Source: Cetorhinus maximus
Lineage: Eukaryota
Reading direction: 5' to 3'
Length of the DNA stretch: 64,000 nt
Assembly (NCBI RefSeq): GCF_964194155.1
Contig: NC_135882.1
Coordinates: 98,518,001-98,582,000, forward strand
This document shows, one piece after another, positions 1 through 12,394 of the stretch. Both the position numbers and the translations under genes were made by a program. How positions within the stretch are numbered: the stretch's first letter is position 1; every line of letters starts with the position of its first letter. The notes beneath the pieces were generated by a model. That model had not been told where the DNA came from and made no database searches. It saw nothing but the letters and a program-made list of their open reading frames with translations.

Positions 1-742
1 AACACCTCCATTATTTTAATAAATAACTTAATCCATTTAAAATAAACCAGCTAATAGTTTTGTGAAAATATTTAAAATAGCACACAATGGAATCTTCTAT
101 GAACAAAGATTTGTCTCTGTTGTTGATAACCTCTTGAGTTCAATGGTGTAGGCAGCATTCCTTAAGCATTAAAAGCCTTTTACTGTTATTGATTCACACT
201 GCCTACTTGAATGATAGTAGGACACAGAGGTATACATGACCTAACCTGTGTATCTACATCTTTTGCATATACATTTAATTTCTCTATCAGGGAACTGAGT
301 TCAGATAAGGTGATGTGATACTTGTTTGGATCATTATGCTACTTTATTCTAAAGTAAGCATTAGTTATTAGCAGATTACTAAGTTCAAACGTTATGACTT
401 AACTTTGCATGATATCATAAAAATATATGAACATGCTACACTACCCCACCTCAGTGGATCATCCTGCTTATCTAAGCAAAATCCTCTACATTCTGCCCAG
501 CAACCCAGGATTAAAATTCCTTGTAGTCTCCTGCTTTCTCAATCATTTTCTACCTGACTGTTATGAAATACCCTGTTTTTAAAACTTGTTTTGGTATATT
601 TGTCTCTTTTTTCAATCCCTCAGCTTAAATAGATCATAGAGGTTACCAATAAAATAGGCAAGAAGTGCTTTGTGATTACCTAGATAAGCTAATGAGTTGT
701 CTATTGTCAAGTCTCAGGATATACATTGAATGTATTAACCAA

Positions 743-994
743 CCATAAGACCATAAGACATAGGAGCAGAAATTAGGCCATTCGGCCCATCGAGTCTGCT
801 CCGCCATTCGATCATGGCTGATAAGTTTCTCAACCCCATTCTCCCACCTTCTCCCCGTAACATTTGATCCCCATACCAATCAAGAACCTATCTATCTCCA
901 TCTTAAATACACTCAATGACCTGGCCTCCACAGCCTTCTGTGGCAATGAATTCCATAGATTCACCACTCTCTGGCTAAAGAAGTTTCTCCTCAT
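743..994 (-). mobile_element. 5'-truncated CR1 LINE, 3' end only
   Basis: (CCATAAGA)n octamer tail plus 3' UTR; about 7 mismatches over ~245 bp by eye versus the long copy at 42900-43146. Confidence 0.92.
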
Positions 995-1899
995 ATGGCC
1001 ATCTATTTTTCATATTTGTGTGAATACTCTTCCCTTTTAGAAACCCAGTATGAAAGGAAACTCTTTCTTTCAAATCCTGAAATATGGCAATGGGTTAATA
1101 TGCTTATTACAAACATTGAGTGTAATCTCAAACTGTGCAAAGTGTGTCAAACTGTTATCACCATTGTTGAAATAAAAAAGGAAAAATGAATCATTGAGTA
1201 CTGTAATTCCCATGCTAGTGGCATCAACTGGTTCTGACTAATTGACAGAATCTATTATTGCCAGTATGAAAAATGACGGTGAACGGTTGAATATAACTGA
1301 GGTTTCTGGCTTCAGATAGAGTTGAAATCTCCCACCATCTTACAAATTCTGATAATGTCAAAAGCAGTCGCAATTTCAGTTTATTGAAAATCTTTCAAAC
1401 TCAATATTCTTCCATTTCCATACCTATATCTGTCCATCATAGTATATGAGTGAATTTCTATCAAATTTCTGCTGCTGAATATTATAAATTTAGAGCAGTG
1501 TGCCTTATGGAGTGCTGGCATATGTTCTCAAGATGGCAGCAACATGCACTGGGAGCCTTTTTCCTTAGAAGTGAAAGATTCAGGGATGAGGATAGATTCT
1601 TTTTTAAATTCTCTTTTATTTAATTTTTAAAATTTATTTTTTAATTCAGGTTTTCCACAAGGTTTGCACATTTATAACAAGTCATCGTACATATTTTTAA
1701 TTGACTGTTTTAATGATTTTTCGTGCATTTCAATGGTCTTATGAGAGATATCAATGCTGAGAAATGAAATCCTGAAATAGCAAGATGGCCTCAACCAGGG
1801 ATTTTGTTCAGCCTGAGCCAGGCTTAGAGAGTCGTACATGAAGGTCAGTGCCTACAATTTCCCCAGAATAAAAAATAATGCTGATATCAGAACTTTTGT

Positions 1900-2400
1900 T
1901 TGTACCACTTCGAACCCTCCTTGATGGGCATGGAACCTTGATGGGAAAGGGTCCTTGTGAAAGTAGCTTCTGAATCAGTGATCCACTCACAAAAGCCACA
2001 GGAATGGACAAATGTCAAACTGGTACAGCAAGGGTCTTGCTATTTCGGGACACGAGGGGAGATAGTTGAGAAATTGGAAAAAGATACGAAGAGCAATAGG
2101 GAACTTATAGGCATGTTCTGCCAGTGGGTTAGGGGAAGGGAGGGAAGTGGCAGAGGCAGCTTAACAGATGGTCTCAATATTGGTAACAAAGTAGTTCATG
2201 AGCTCCTCATGCTTATTGTTGGAGATGAGGGTGGAGGAGACAGTATAGAGAAGCTTAAGAAGACGGTTTGCAATAGGAAAGAGAAGCCAGCTATTATCTT
2301 TGCATTCCTGGGTGACCCTGGACTAGTGAACAGTTTGGACAGATGAGAGCAGGACCCAATAATGCTTTATGTGGTCCAACCAGACCTGGTGGTGAATGGT
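1900..2400 (-). mobile_element. Decayed L2/CR1-group LINE ORF2 fragment
   Basis: Minus strand reads like STLISNNKHEELMNYFVTNIETI, typical of the linker upstream of RT in L2-type LINEs; boundaries approximate. Confidence 0.55.
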
Positions 2401-3538
2401 AAAACCAATTTTTCATCATATCCTTTGGACTTATGTGGACATTTCTTATTTGATAACATTACATCAGAAACTAATATATTCTTTAAGATCTTTGTTTTCT
2501 GTCTACTTATTCCCAGCAGAGCTTTGGCTATTCAGCTTTGCTAAATATAGAGCATTTCGGAAATGAATTCCTATAAGATCATTTGGAATAAAAATGTAGA
2601 AGATTTGGAAATGACCATAAAGAAGCAAAACTGAACGTCAAACACCTGCTGAGGTTCAAGACTAGGAAAATAACTTATCACTGACTTGGCAGTTGTCCAT
2701 GAAATCATATCAAGCTCCTCTATTTGCTGTTCACTTTCCTGTTTATTCAAATTACATGCTTATGGTTGTGAAGGACTCAGCTTTTCTTGCTGAAACCCTG
2801 TCAGTGTTCACAGTCAATAGCATCTACGTTAAATTTTTAAAGAATTAATCATCGCCCAGTCCAATATTATAGAATTACTTGAAGCGCCATTGGGTTTCAA
2901 TTCAAAAAATGAAAAATATGCCAAGTCTGTTCACCAAAAAAATCAATACTAATTTGATGTAAGCAATCATTAATTAAGTTATCTTAATTGTTATCCTCCA
3001 TTCATAGATGTCATAGTCCAGGAATCAGAAGCAGCTGTTTGTCCAGCATACATATTTCCTATGTTGCTCTTGAAGGTTTTGAGGTGGAAATTGTTCTAGA
3101 GACATTAAAAGGCATTATAATTCTACCCTTCCCCCCACCCCCCGGCTCGACAAGCTGTAGAGGAAAGTCAGTAATTATAATACAGATATGTAAATGATGC
3201 TCATTTTCTGATATTTTGGCAACAGTTTAAATTTAAGGCCTGCTGTATGGGTTTCTCAGGACTCAGGATGTTTTGAGGAGGTATCACTTACTCTATGAAT
3301 GACTTGAAGATAGTCAGTGTCTCGTTTTTCTTGAAGCTATTTATTTAGAACTATTTACAAAGACCTCATGGTAAATACATGGTTCTCTAGACACAGACTG
3401 TTTTGTGTCTTGCTCCTTTGGAGCCTCTTGGTCATCTGATTTCATGCTTATATCATCATTAACATCATTAACATAAACATTAACTCTACACAGGAAACCA
3501 GGCAGCTGAATCCAGCAGTTAAATACTCTTTAAAATGG

Positions 3539-3623
3539 GACTAGCGGAATAATATTTCGGGACAGACTAGAAGGGCCGAATGGCCTGTTTTCTGTGCTGT
3601 AGTGTTCTGTGGTTCTATGGTTC
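3539..3623 (+). mobile_element. 85-bp CR1-type 3' tail with 8-bp TSD
   Basis: GGGCCGAATGGCCTGTTTTCTGTGCTGTA motif ending in GGTTCTATGGTTC; TAAAATGG at 3531-3538 and at 3624-3631. Confidence 0.8.
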
Positions 3624-3679
3624 TAAAATGGACCAGGAGGAGCAGAAGTGTTCCCCTGGCCCCTCAAGCAAAACTTCTG

Positions 3680-4460
3680 CTGTGATCATCCAGCCTCACT
3701 CTCTGCACCCCTGTCCCAAACTCACAATCTCCCCCAATCCCCTCTACCTGCCAGCTGCTGATCTATAGCCCAACTCCTGTAATCTCACCCAGCCACCCTT
3801 TCCTCACAATTACAGGTTTGACCTCATCTTACCAACTGCGTGCTCTCTCTTGGTGCCTTCTCATTCCTGGCTACTGGTATCCTGCTCCAAACCCATCAAC
3901 CCTGCCCTGCCCCCACGCTCCCCATCCCCCAATTTGCAGTTTTAACTCTGACCCACCAACCCTGTGCTCTCTCCCACTCCTGCCTCCCTTCCAATTACTG
4001 GTCCCCCTCTCCCACCACCACTGCAATCTCTCCTGGTCAACTCTCTCTCCTGTTTATTGACACCCAGCTCCCACCTACACCACCAAACCTGATCTCTCCC
4101 AGCCCCCAATCTCTCCTAATTACTGATATCCCTCTTCACCTCATCAACTTTGCAATCTCTTCCAGTACCCCCTTCCTCTCAATTACCAGTCCAGCCATTC
4201 CATCAATCAACCCTCTTATCTCTCCCAATTCCCCCCTCCATCCTGATCACACCACCATCAAACCCCACATTTTCTTCCAGCTTCCCCCTTCCTCAATTAC
4301 TGGTACCAAAACGCCATACCCCCATCAATCCTTCATCCCAGGCCTTCCTCCTTCTTGACTGCTAGTCCACTGCCCCATCTTCCATCATCAACCCCATGAA
4401 TTCCTCCCTATTCACCCTCCCAATTGCCTGGAATGACTGCTTACTTCCCCACCCAGCAGC
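3680..4460. repeat. C-rich degenerate low-complexity tract, probably the interior of a non-autonomous DNA element
   Basis: Strong C/T skew with recurring CCCTC/CCAATT units; mirrors the G-rich tract at 9660-10060. Confidence 0.7.
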
Positions 4461-5735
4461 CGACCAGCGTGTCAATTTGAAGTTAGGAAATAACAGTGAG
4501 ATCTGACCATTAATTTCAGCAGGACCTCTGTTTTCTCTGCATTTCCAGTTTTCCCTAAACACAGCGCCCAGGTCCCATAAATATTGTGGCCACTGTCACA
4601 CCTTTCGTGGTTTTGTGCTGGATGTTCTCATGGGCTCAGTGTTACTGCTCACTCCTGTAAGTGGCACTCACAATCTATATCCTGCTTACCTAATTAGGGT
4701 TGATGACCAATTTGAGGTGGTAACCAAATCTAAATAAGTCAGCTTTGATTGGTTGAAAACATCCTCCAGCCGGTCAAGACCTTGTGGCCATAGACATAAA
4801 CTGATCAATTTCTCACACCAAATAAAAGAGTTCTCTTCAGTGACCGATAGGCTCCAGGGAGGCTGGAGTACATCGTCACCCCCAGGAATGTTATTTTAAT
4901 TTGATACATTTCCTTTAAACTTTTTGCTTTTATTGCAATTGCGTAAAATTCCCTCTTCAAAAGGGGCTGATCATTTATTGTTAACTATTATTTTCTCAAA
5001 TGGGTTTAACAAAAAGGGTATAAAGAAAGACTTCTGGAGTAAAAGAGAAACAAATGAAAGAAAAAATATATAAAAGAGAGTCTGCTGCTTAACTAGATTT
5101 TTTTGTCTACAGGCCAGGCTGCCTATTATAGTCTAACAAGAGAACACCTAACATCATAAATTGATGCTGTACAAGTTGAACCAGTATAATTGGCCGCACA
5201 CTGATTTCTCAGGTTGCTGCTTGAATCTGTTAGCCTAATTATCATTTGTTAACTCTCAAGTAAGTCATGAAAGGACTACTGCACAAAAAAACCCCACATT
5301 TATACAGTTGCACCATTTCATTTATTATAATGAATAAATGTATAAATAATGTTTTGAGGGAATGAAGAAGAATTAACAAGAACACCTTTCCCTCACGAGT
5401 TATATTTTCTGACACAACCGACAAGGAATGCCACTTCCAGAATCTGTAGCGATATTAGCAGACTTATCCATTGAGTCATCCAGCCTCCTCAGCCTCTTGC
5501 TAAGTTCAAGCGGGAGCTAAGTATGAACATTAGAGAGGGAAGAAAATAAAGGGAAATTGCAGTGACTAAAGCAACCAAGTGAACTAACTAATATGGAAAT
5601 TGTTGTGCTAAAATCTGTTTTGTCTTTTTTGGATGGTTTAGAGACATTCTAATAAATAAGAAATTCAATTGTCTTTCAAAAACTTGGAATTCAAATAATG
5701 ATTTGTTATTACAGCCTAGTTTTATCTGCAGTTTA

Positions 5736-5797
5736 GTTGTGCGATGATGAGTAGCCTTTAATTAATGTTGTGCGATGATGAGTAGCCTTTAATTAAT
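5736..5797. repeat. Perfect 31-bp tandem duplication
   Basis: GTTGTGCGATGATGAGTAGCCTTTAATTAAT at 5736-5766 and 5767-5797. Confidence 0.97.
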
Positions 5798-6069
5798 ACA
5801 TTCCCATCATTGTTGCATTTCAAACAAATAGCTGAACTATTCAAGACATTTCCAATGATTAATCATTTATAATTGTGCTGTGCAGTATTCGTTATCAAAG
5901 GCATTAACATTACTTTGTTATTTTATTCTGGATGTTTTGTTGAACCAGCGGAGAAAGCATCGTATGCTACCTTTATCACAAAGCATGTACATCAATAAAT
6001 CTTCTTGCACCAGGATGTATATCCCAATGGGTAGAAAGAAACTATTCATATCTATTCAAAGCAATTGCA

Positions 6070-7830
6070 GAATCACAGAAATGTTACGGTGCAGAAGGAG
6101 GCAATTTGACCCATTGGCCAGAATCTTCGGCTTGGCGAGCAGGGGCAGGGGCCGCTTACCGATGTGTAAAATGACGCGCGGTGATGTCGGGCGGGTGTCC
6201 TGACATCACTGCGTGTCATTCCGATTTTCAGTTCGGTGGGCGTGCACCAGAGTCGGCTGTACGCCCACTGACCTGTCAAAGGCCTATTAAGGACATTTAA
6301 AAACTAATTAAATCACTTAACATAGCTGCCTGTCCAACCTTAAGGTTGGTGGGCAGGCAAAGAGCCCAGGCAGCCTTCGCATTTTTCATGAAACCCCATC
6401 CACGGCCGGGATGAGGTTTCATGAATGATTTATAAATGAAATAAAGATTTTCATTAAAATTCATAGACATGTCCCAGTTCATGTGACACTTTCACATGAG
6501 GGGTCATGTTTTAATTCTTTTTTCTTTATTGAAATTTTTGAAACTCAAACTGATCTTCCTGAGGCAGCTCTGTGCCTCAGGGAGATTTCTGCGCTCTTTC
6601 GCGCAGACCCCGACTCAGCCTACAACCCCCGCCCTCACAGGGAACGCTCAGCGCTTCCAGGTGCACGTCATGCTGGGCGGGCCTTAATTTGCCTGTCCCC
6701 GCAAAATGGCGGCGCGCAGCCGATCGCGGGCAGCGATCGGCTGTGCGCCCAACCGCGCCCCCCCCCTGCCCAACCCCCACCCCACTGTGTCGTCACCAGC
6801 TCTCTGAATGAGCAACTCACCTTGTACCATTCCCCACCTTCTCCCCGTATCCATGCACATTCTTCTTTGCCAGATAACAATCTAATTCACTTTTGAATGC
6901 CTCCATTGACCCTGCCTCCGCCACACTTTTCCCCTTATCCAGACCCCTCATGATTTTGTATACCTCTATTATATCTCCTCTCAACCTTCTTTTCTCTGTG
7001 GATAACAGTCCTAACTTCTCCATTCTAACTCCATAACTGAAGTTCCTCATCTCTGGAACCATTGTCATGAATCTTTTCTGCACCCTTTTTAATGCCTTCA
7101 CATCCTTCCTAAAGCGTGACACCCAGAAGTAGGTGTAATACTTTAGTTGAGACTGAACAAGTGACTTACACAAATTCAACACAACCTCCTTGCTCTTGCA
7201 CTCTATGCCCCTCTTAATAAAGCCCAGGATACTGCATACTTTATTAACTGCTCTCTCAACATGTCCTGCCACCTTCAGTGATTTACATACATATACACCG
7301 AGGTCTCTCTGCTCCAGCACCCTCTTTAGAGTTGTGCCCTTTATTTTATTATGTCTCTCCATGTTCTTCCTACCAAAATTTCTTTGCATTGAACTTCATC
7401 TGACACCTGTCTGCCCATTCCACCAACTTGTCTATGTCCATTTGATGTTCTACACTATCCTCCTCACAGTTCACAATGCTTCCAAGTTTTGTATCATCTG
7501 CAAATTTTGAAATTGTGCCCTGTACACCAAGGTCTAGGTCATTAATATATATCGGGAAAGGCAAGGGTTCCAACACTGACCCCTGAGGGACTCCACTACA
7601 AACCTTCCTCGAGCACAAAAAACATCAATTAACTCTGTTTCCTGTTGTCCAGTCAATTCCATAATGGTGTTGCTAATGTCCCTTTTATTCTTTGAGCTAT
7701 AACTTTGCTCACAAGACTGCTGGATGGTACTGTATCTTCTTTTGGAAGTACACTACATCAATAGTATTGCCCTCATCAACCACCTCTGTTACCTCGTCAA
7801 AAAAACTCCAGTAAGTTAGTTAAACAAGAC
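6070..7830 (-). mobile_element. Decayed CR1 LINE 3' portion, interrupted by a MITE at 6116-6785
   Basis: ORFs 7370-7618 (GVPQGSVL, INDLD, FADDTK) and 6817-7389 (RVQKRF, RRLRGD); the 3' UTR is split at CCATT/TGTGTC when compared with 11731-11800. Confidence 0.92.
6116..6785. mobile_element. Harbinger-type MITE with internal hairpins
   Basis: Starts GGCCAGAATCTTC (TIR-like), CpG-rich, shares the CCTGAGGCAGCTCTGTGCCTCAGG hairpin with 63749-63778; right TIR not seen. Confidence 0.75.
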
Positions 7831-7984
7831 ATGGCATTTTATTAGAAGATTGTAAAACTTAATTATCCTTCTGAGCTGTAATGCTTCAATTAAATTAAAG
7901 ATCAGTAACCTTCTCTACAGCTGAACTACACTTATCATTTAGTCAATAGGTGTGTTATGATTGTGGACCAGACCCCAGTTTTTT

Positions 7985-8825
7985 AAAAATTCATTCATGG
8001 GATATGGGCCTTGCTGGTTGGGCCAGCATTTATTGCCCATCCCTAATTGCCCTCGAGAAGGTGGTGGTGAGCTGCCTTCTTGAACCGGTGCAGTCCATGT
8101 GGTGTAGGTACACCCACAGTGCTGTTAGGAAGGGAGTTCCAGGATTTTGACGCAGCAACAATGATGGAACAGCGATATATTTCCAAGTCAGGATGGTGAG
8201 TGACTTGGAGGGGAACTTCCAGGTGGTAGCGTTCCCATCTATCTGCTGCCCTTGACCTTCTAGATGGTAGTGGTCGTGGGTTTGGAAAGTGCTGTCGAAG
8301 GAGCCTTGGTGAATTCCTGCAATGCATCTTGTAGATGGTACACGCTGCTGCTACTGTGCATCGCTGGTGGAGGGAGTGAATGTTTGTGGATGTGGTGCCA
8401 GTCAAACGGGCTGCTTTGTCCAGGATGGTGTTAAGCTTCTTGAGTATTCCATCACACTCTTGACTTGTGCCTTGTAGATGGTGGACAGGCTTTGGGGAGT
8501 CAGGAGGTGGGCTACTCGTTGCACAATTCCTAGCCTCTGGCCTGCTCTTGTAGCCACAGTATTTATATGGCTAGTCCTGATCAGTTTCTGCTCAATGGTA
8601 ATCCCCAGGATGTTGATAGTGGGGGATTCAGTGATGGTAATGTCATTGAACATCAAGGAGTGATGGTTGGATTCTCTCTTGTTGGAGATGGTCATTGCCT
8701 GGCACTTGTGTGACATGAATGTTACTTGCCACTTGTCAGCCCAAGCCTGGATATTGTCCAGGGCTTGCTGCATTTGGACATGGACTGCTTCAGTATCTGA
8801 GGAGTCATGACTGGTGCTGAACATT
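7985..8825 (-). mobile_element. Non-LTR retrotransposon (CR1 group, second family), RT C-terminus and 3' tail
   Basis: ORF 8402-8824 (LDNIQAWADKWQVTF, YKAQVKSVMEYS); tail TGCTGGCCCAACCAGC..CCCATGAATGAAT on minus strand. Confidence 0.92.
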
Positions 8826-9008
8826 AAATGTTTGCTACGATCTGGTTAGGGAACAGTAACCTTTTGTTTAAGGTAGACAAAGTTTGACATTCAAGACACT
8901 TGCTAAAGCCATAAGGTTCCATGATTCAACGGTCCGCAGCACGGAATTATCAATTTTCTGCTGACCCCTTTTTGAGGAGGAGACTAGGTTTTTTTACACA
9001 GACACATT

Positions 9009-10322
9009 GGGTCTGCATCTTCGGCCTGAAGAACTCCAAAATGCACATGTGGCACTTGATCCCGGTCTGCACACACATGTAACTCCCAAGGTCTGTCGAG
9101 ACTTGGAGTTCCTGGTCCCTGCTCAACTTTCAGGTTAGTGTAGATCTTGTAACAGGTGACCTTAGGAAACTACTGTCAAACCTAAGTTTACCAACCTCTG
9201 GCAACTTGGGCCAAGTACATGACTCAAAAGCAATGAACGGATCTCATTTTATTGTGTAACAATGCAAATCCCATACAAAAAAAAACACAAGACACCACAG
9301 ACAAAAAATGAGACCATGCAAAGACAACTCCCTCCATTCTCCACCGTCTGCCTCCCCTTTTTCTCTAATTGTGTCGACCTCCTGTGTCAGTGGAAAGAAT
9401 AGAGAGAAAGGAAATTAAGACCTGAATCTTCCAAGCAGTGGCAATGGCTGCTGGATTACCACTGTGCTCGAAAATTCCCCTGACCTGATGCAGCTCCGCA
9501 TTTCTTCTGGGATCTCGCAAGCCCGGCTTTCCCAGAGCTGTGCAGTGCAGTGTCATTCAGAGAACTCCAACAGGCTGGAGTAGAGTTGGGGAAAGACAGG
9601 GCACATCCAGCATGAGCTGCCATATGGTAAGTTTAATGCTCCAGTTTAAATATTAGTGAAGGGATGGATGAATGGGTGATTGAGTGAATGAGGTGGGTAG
9701 GTTGGTAAGTGGGTATGTGGCTACGTCAGTAAGGTGGGTAGGTAGATAGTGGGTCAGCAGGTAAGATGGATAAGTGGGTAAGTAAGTGGTAGGTGGGTGA
9801 AATAGTAAATGGGTAAGTGAGTAGGTGGATATGTGGGTAGGTGGATTAGATAGGCAAGGCAGTTAAGTGGGTGGTTGGCTCCTTGGGGGGGATAGTTCGG
9901 TCCTCGGGGGGTGGTTGTAGTTGGGGTGGGTCAGGCGATGATTCGATTGCCAGGAGTGGGGGTGGGGCGGTAGATGGGTCGGGTCGGGGGAGTAGTCAGG
10001 GAGCCAGAGGGTTGCGGGGGTGGTATTTGAGTGGTCAGGAAGGTAGTCGGGGAGTCAGTTGTATAGTTACCCAGATATTAGACTAGGTTTTAATCTGTCC
10101 AACATTTCATGGTTAACTATCCAGGTGAGTACAGCAGAACTGTCCCACGTCTCCAGAGTCGGATACATTTAAGGAGAGTCCCAGGAAACAGGAGGATTGC
10201 CCATCAGAAGTTAAAATTTTCCAGGTAATTCCCACAAAGTTCAGGACTTCCACAGGGTCCCGATGCACATCTTCGGTCATACGTCTGGTCTTTGACGATC
10301 TAGAGGCCAGAAGATTTGGCCC
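9009..10322. mobile_element. Non-autonomous DNA element(s) with G-rich core
   Basis: Imperfect inverted ends GGGTCTGCATCTTCGGCCT and AGGCCAGAAGATTTGGCCC; second TIR-like start near 9419; no matching TSD. Confidence 0.5.
9660..10060 (+). repeat. G-rich degenerate minisatellite (GGTAGGTG-like)
   Basis: Repeated GGTAG/GTGGG units with extreme G skew. Confidence 0.85.
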
Positions 10323-10325
10323 AAA

Positions 10326-11110
10326 GACTTATATTTATAGTAGCACCTTGCATGATCTTAGAACATAAGAACATAAGAACTAGGAGTAGGAGTAGGCAAT
10401 TCAGCTCCTCGAGCCTGCCCCGCCATTCAATACGATCATGGCTGATCTCATTTCGGCCTCAACTCCAATTTCCCGCCCTCTTCCCATAACCTTTCAACCC
10501 GTTACTAATTAAAAATCTATCTCCTCCTTAAATTTATTCAGCGTCCCGACATCCACTGCACTCTGAGGTAGTGAATTCCACAGATTCACGACCCTTTGAG
10601 AAAAGTAATTCCTCCTCATCTCTGATTTAAATCTACCGCCCCTTAGCTTAAAACTATGGCTTCTCGTACTGGAATGCCCCACAAGGGTGGACATACCCAA
10701 AGTATTTTGCAGTCAATTAAGTACCTTTGAAGTGTAGTCACTGCTCTAGTGTAAACAAAATGTGACAGCCAATTTGTACAAAGCAGTGTGCCACATGTAG
10801 CATATGATAATGACCAGATAATCTGTTTTAGTGATGTTTATTGAGGGATAAATATTGGTCAGGAGGCTGGGGAGAACTGCACTCCTTTTTGAAATAGTGC
10901 CATGAGATCTTTTATATTCACCTGAGGAGTGAGGCAGAGCCTTGGTTTAACATCTAATCCAAAAGCTGACACATATGACAGTGATGCACACTCTCAGTAC
11001 TGCACTACCACATCAGCCTGGATTATGTGCTCAAATTTCTGAACTGCAGCTGGAACTCATGACCTTCTGCTCAGAGATGAGAGTGCTACCACTGACCCAA
11101 GGATAACACC
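10326..11110 (-). mobile_element. tRNA-derived DeuSINE (SacSINE1/AmnSINE1-like), split by a CR1 insertion
   Basis: Deu-domain-like text TGATAATGACCAGATAATCTGTTTTAGTGATG..GAGGGATAAATATTGG; tRNA-like head near 11040-11105; tail remnant at 10326-10360. Family recognised from memory. Confidence 0.75.
10361..10692 (-). mobile_element. CR1 LINE 3' fragment nested in the SINE
   Basis: (AACATAAG)n tail; ORF 10509-10700 with TRSHSFKL..RRNYFSQRVVNLWNSLP. Confidence 0.92.
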
Positions 11111-11133
11111 TAAATTGAAACCTTTTTTGTTAG

Positions 11134-11409
11134 TGTAGTCTACTGGGTTAATAGAATAGATATGCTAATGAAAGATGTAGACTATGATGTATCTGTGACA
11201 TCAGCAGTCATGTGCTAGAGACTCTGTATAGCAGTTATGCGTAACTCAGAGGAGATGTGCCTGCTCAGTAACCTACCTTGTATATATTGTACATAGTGTA
11301 AATAAACTAGTCAGGCTAGAGTCCCTCTTCATACAATACAAGGCCTAGCACCTCCATCAAATAGTTCGATTCAGCTGTTTTAAGTTCCAGTGTGTAGATT
11401 CATGCTACA
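11134..11409 (+). mobile_element. Possible short solo LTR
   Basis: TGTAG...CTACA inverted termini and internal AATAAA near 11301; no TSD found. Confidence 0.45.
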
Positions 11410-11730
11410 GCTCAATTGCTAGTATGAATAGAAAGAAAAAAAAAATCAAGTCGAATGTTTCTACTCTTTCAAGTTCAACTCACACTAGGCTCAACTGACA
11501 GTCATGAATAGATTCCTTCATCCCCACTGCTGACCTTCAACTTGTGATACTTCCACTGACTATGGTAAATAGCAAAGCTTTTTGGAAAGGATTTTACATG
11601 TGAAGACATTATTTGCTGGAAAAATTAGGGACTTGCTGATCGATAATCATTTCACCATTGAATCCTGCATTCTAGATGATGGCGGGAATCTTGATAAATA
11701 CTAACACAGCACAGGGAGAGGGACAAACAC

Positions 11731-12275
11731 AATCGCAGAATTGCTACAGTGCAGAAGGAGGCCATTCGGCCCATTGTGTCAGCATCGGCTCTCCGAATAA
11801 ACAATATGACTCAGTGCCATTCTCCTACCTTTCCCCATAATCCCACACATTGTTTCTATTTAAATAATCATCCAATGCTCTCTTGAATGCTTCGATTGAA
11901 CCTGCCTCCGCCATACTTCTAGGCAGTGCAGTCCAGACCCGAACCACTCATTGGGTGAAAAAGTTTTTTCTCACACCACATTTGCTTCTTTTGCAAATTG
12001 CTTTAAAACTGTGCCCTCTCATTCTCGATCCTTTTACGAGTGGGAACAGTTTCACCCTATATACTCTGTTCTGCCCCCTCATGATTTTGAACACCTCTAT
12101 CAAATCTCTTAACCTTCTCCTCTCCAAGGAGAACAGTTCAAATCTCTCCAATGTATCTTTATAACTGAAGTTTCTCATCCCTGGAACCATTTTTGAAAAC
12201 CTTTCCTGCACTCTCTCCAATGTGTTCACATCTTTCCTAAAGTGTGGTGCCCAGAATTGTACACAATACTCCAGA
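11731..12275 (-). mobile_element. CR1 LINE 3' fragment
   Basis: ORF 11948-12229 (LERVQERF, LERRRLRDLIEVFKI) followed by CR1 3' UTR. Confidence 0.92.
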
Positions 12276-12394
12276 CTGCTTCTTAAACTTGCTGGGTCTG
12301 GTAAAACTGCATCCTGATTGGTTAGAAACTAAGCAAACAGAAAGTAATCTTTTCTCAAACCTCCAGGTCAGGTAAACTTAAAGAGCAGATGCTG

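Noticed and set aside
3818-4365. Pro/Ser-rich ORFs
   Set aside because: By-product of a C-rich low-complexity tract that is poor in stop codons
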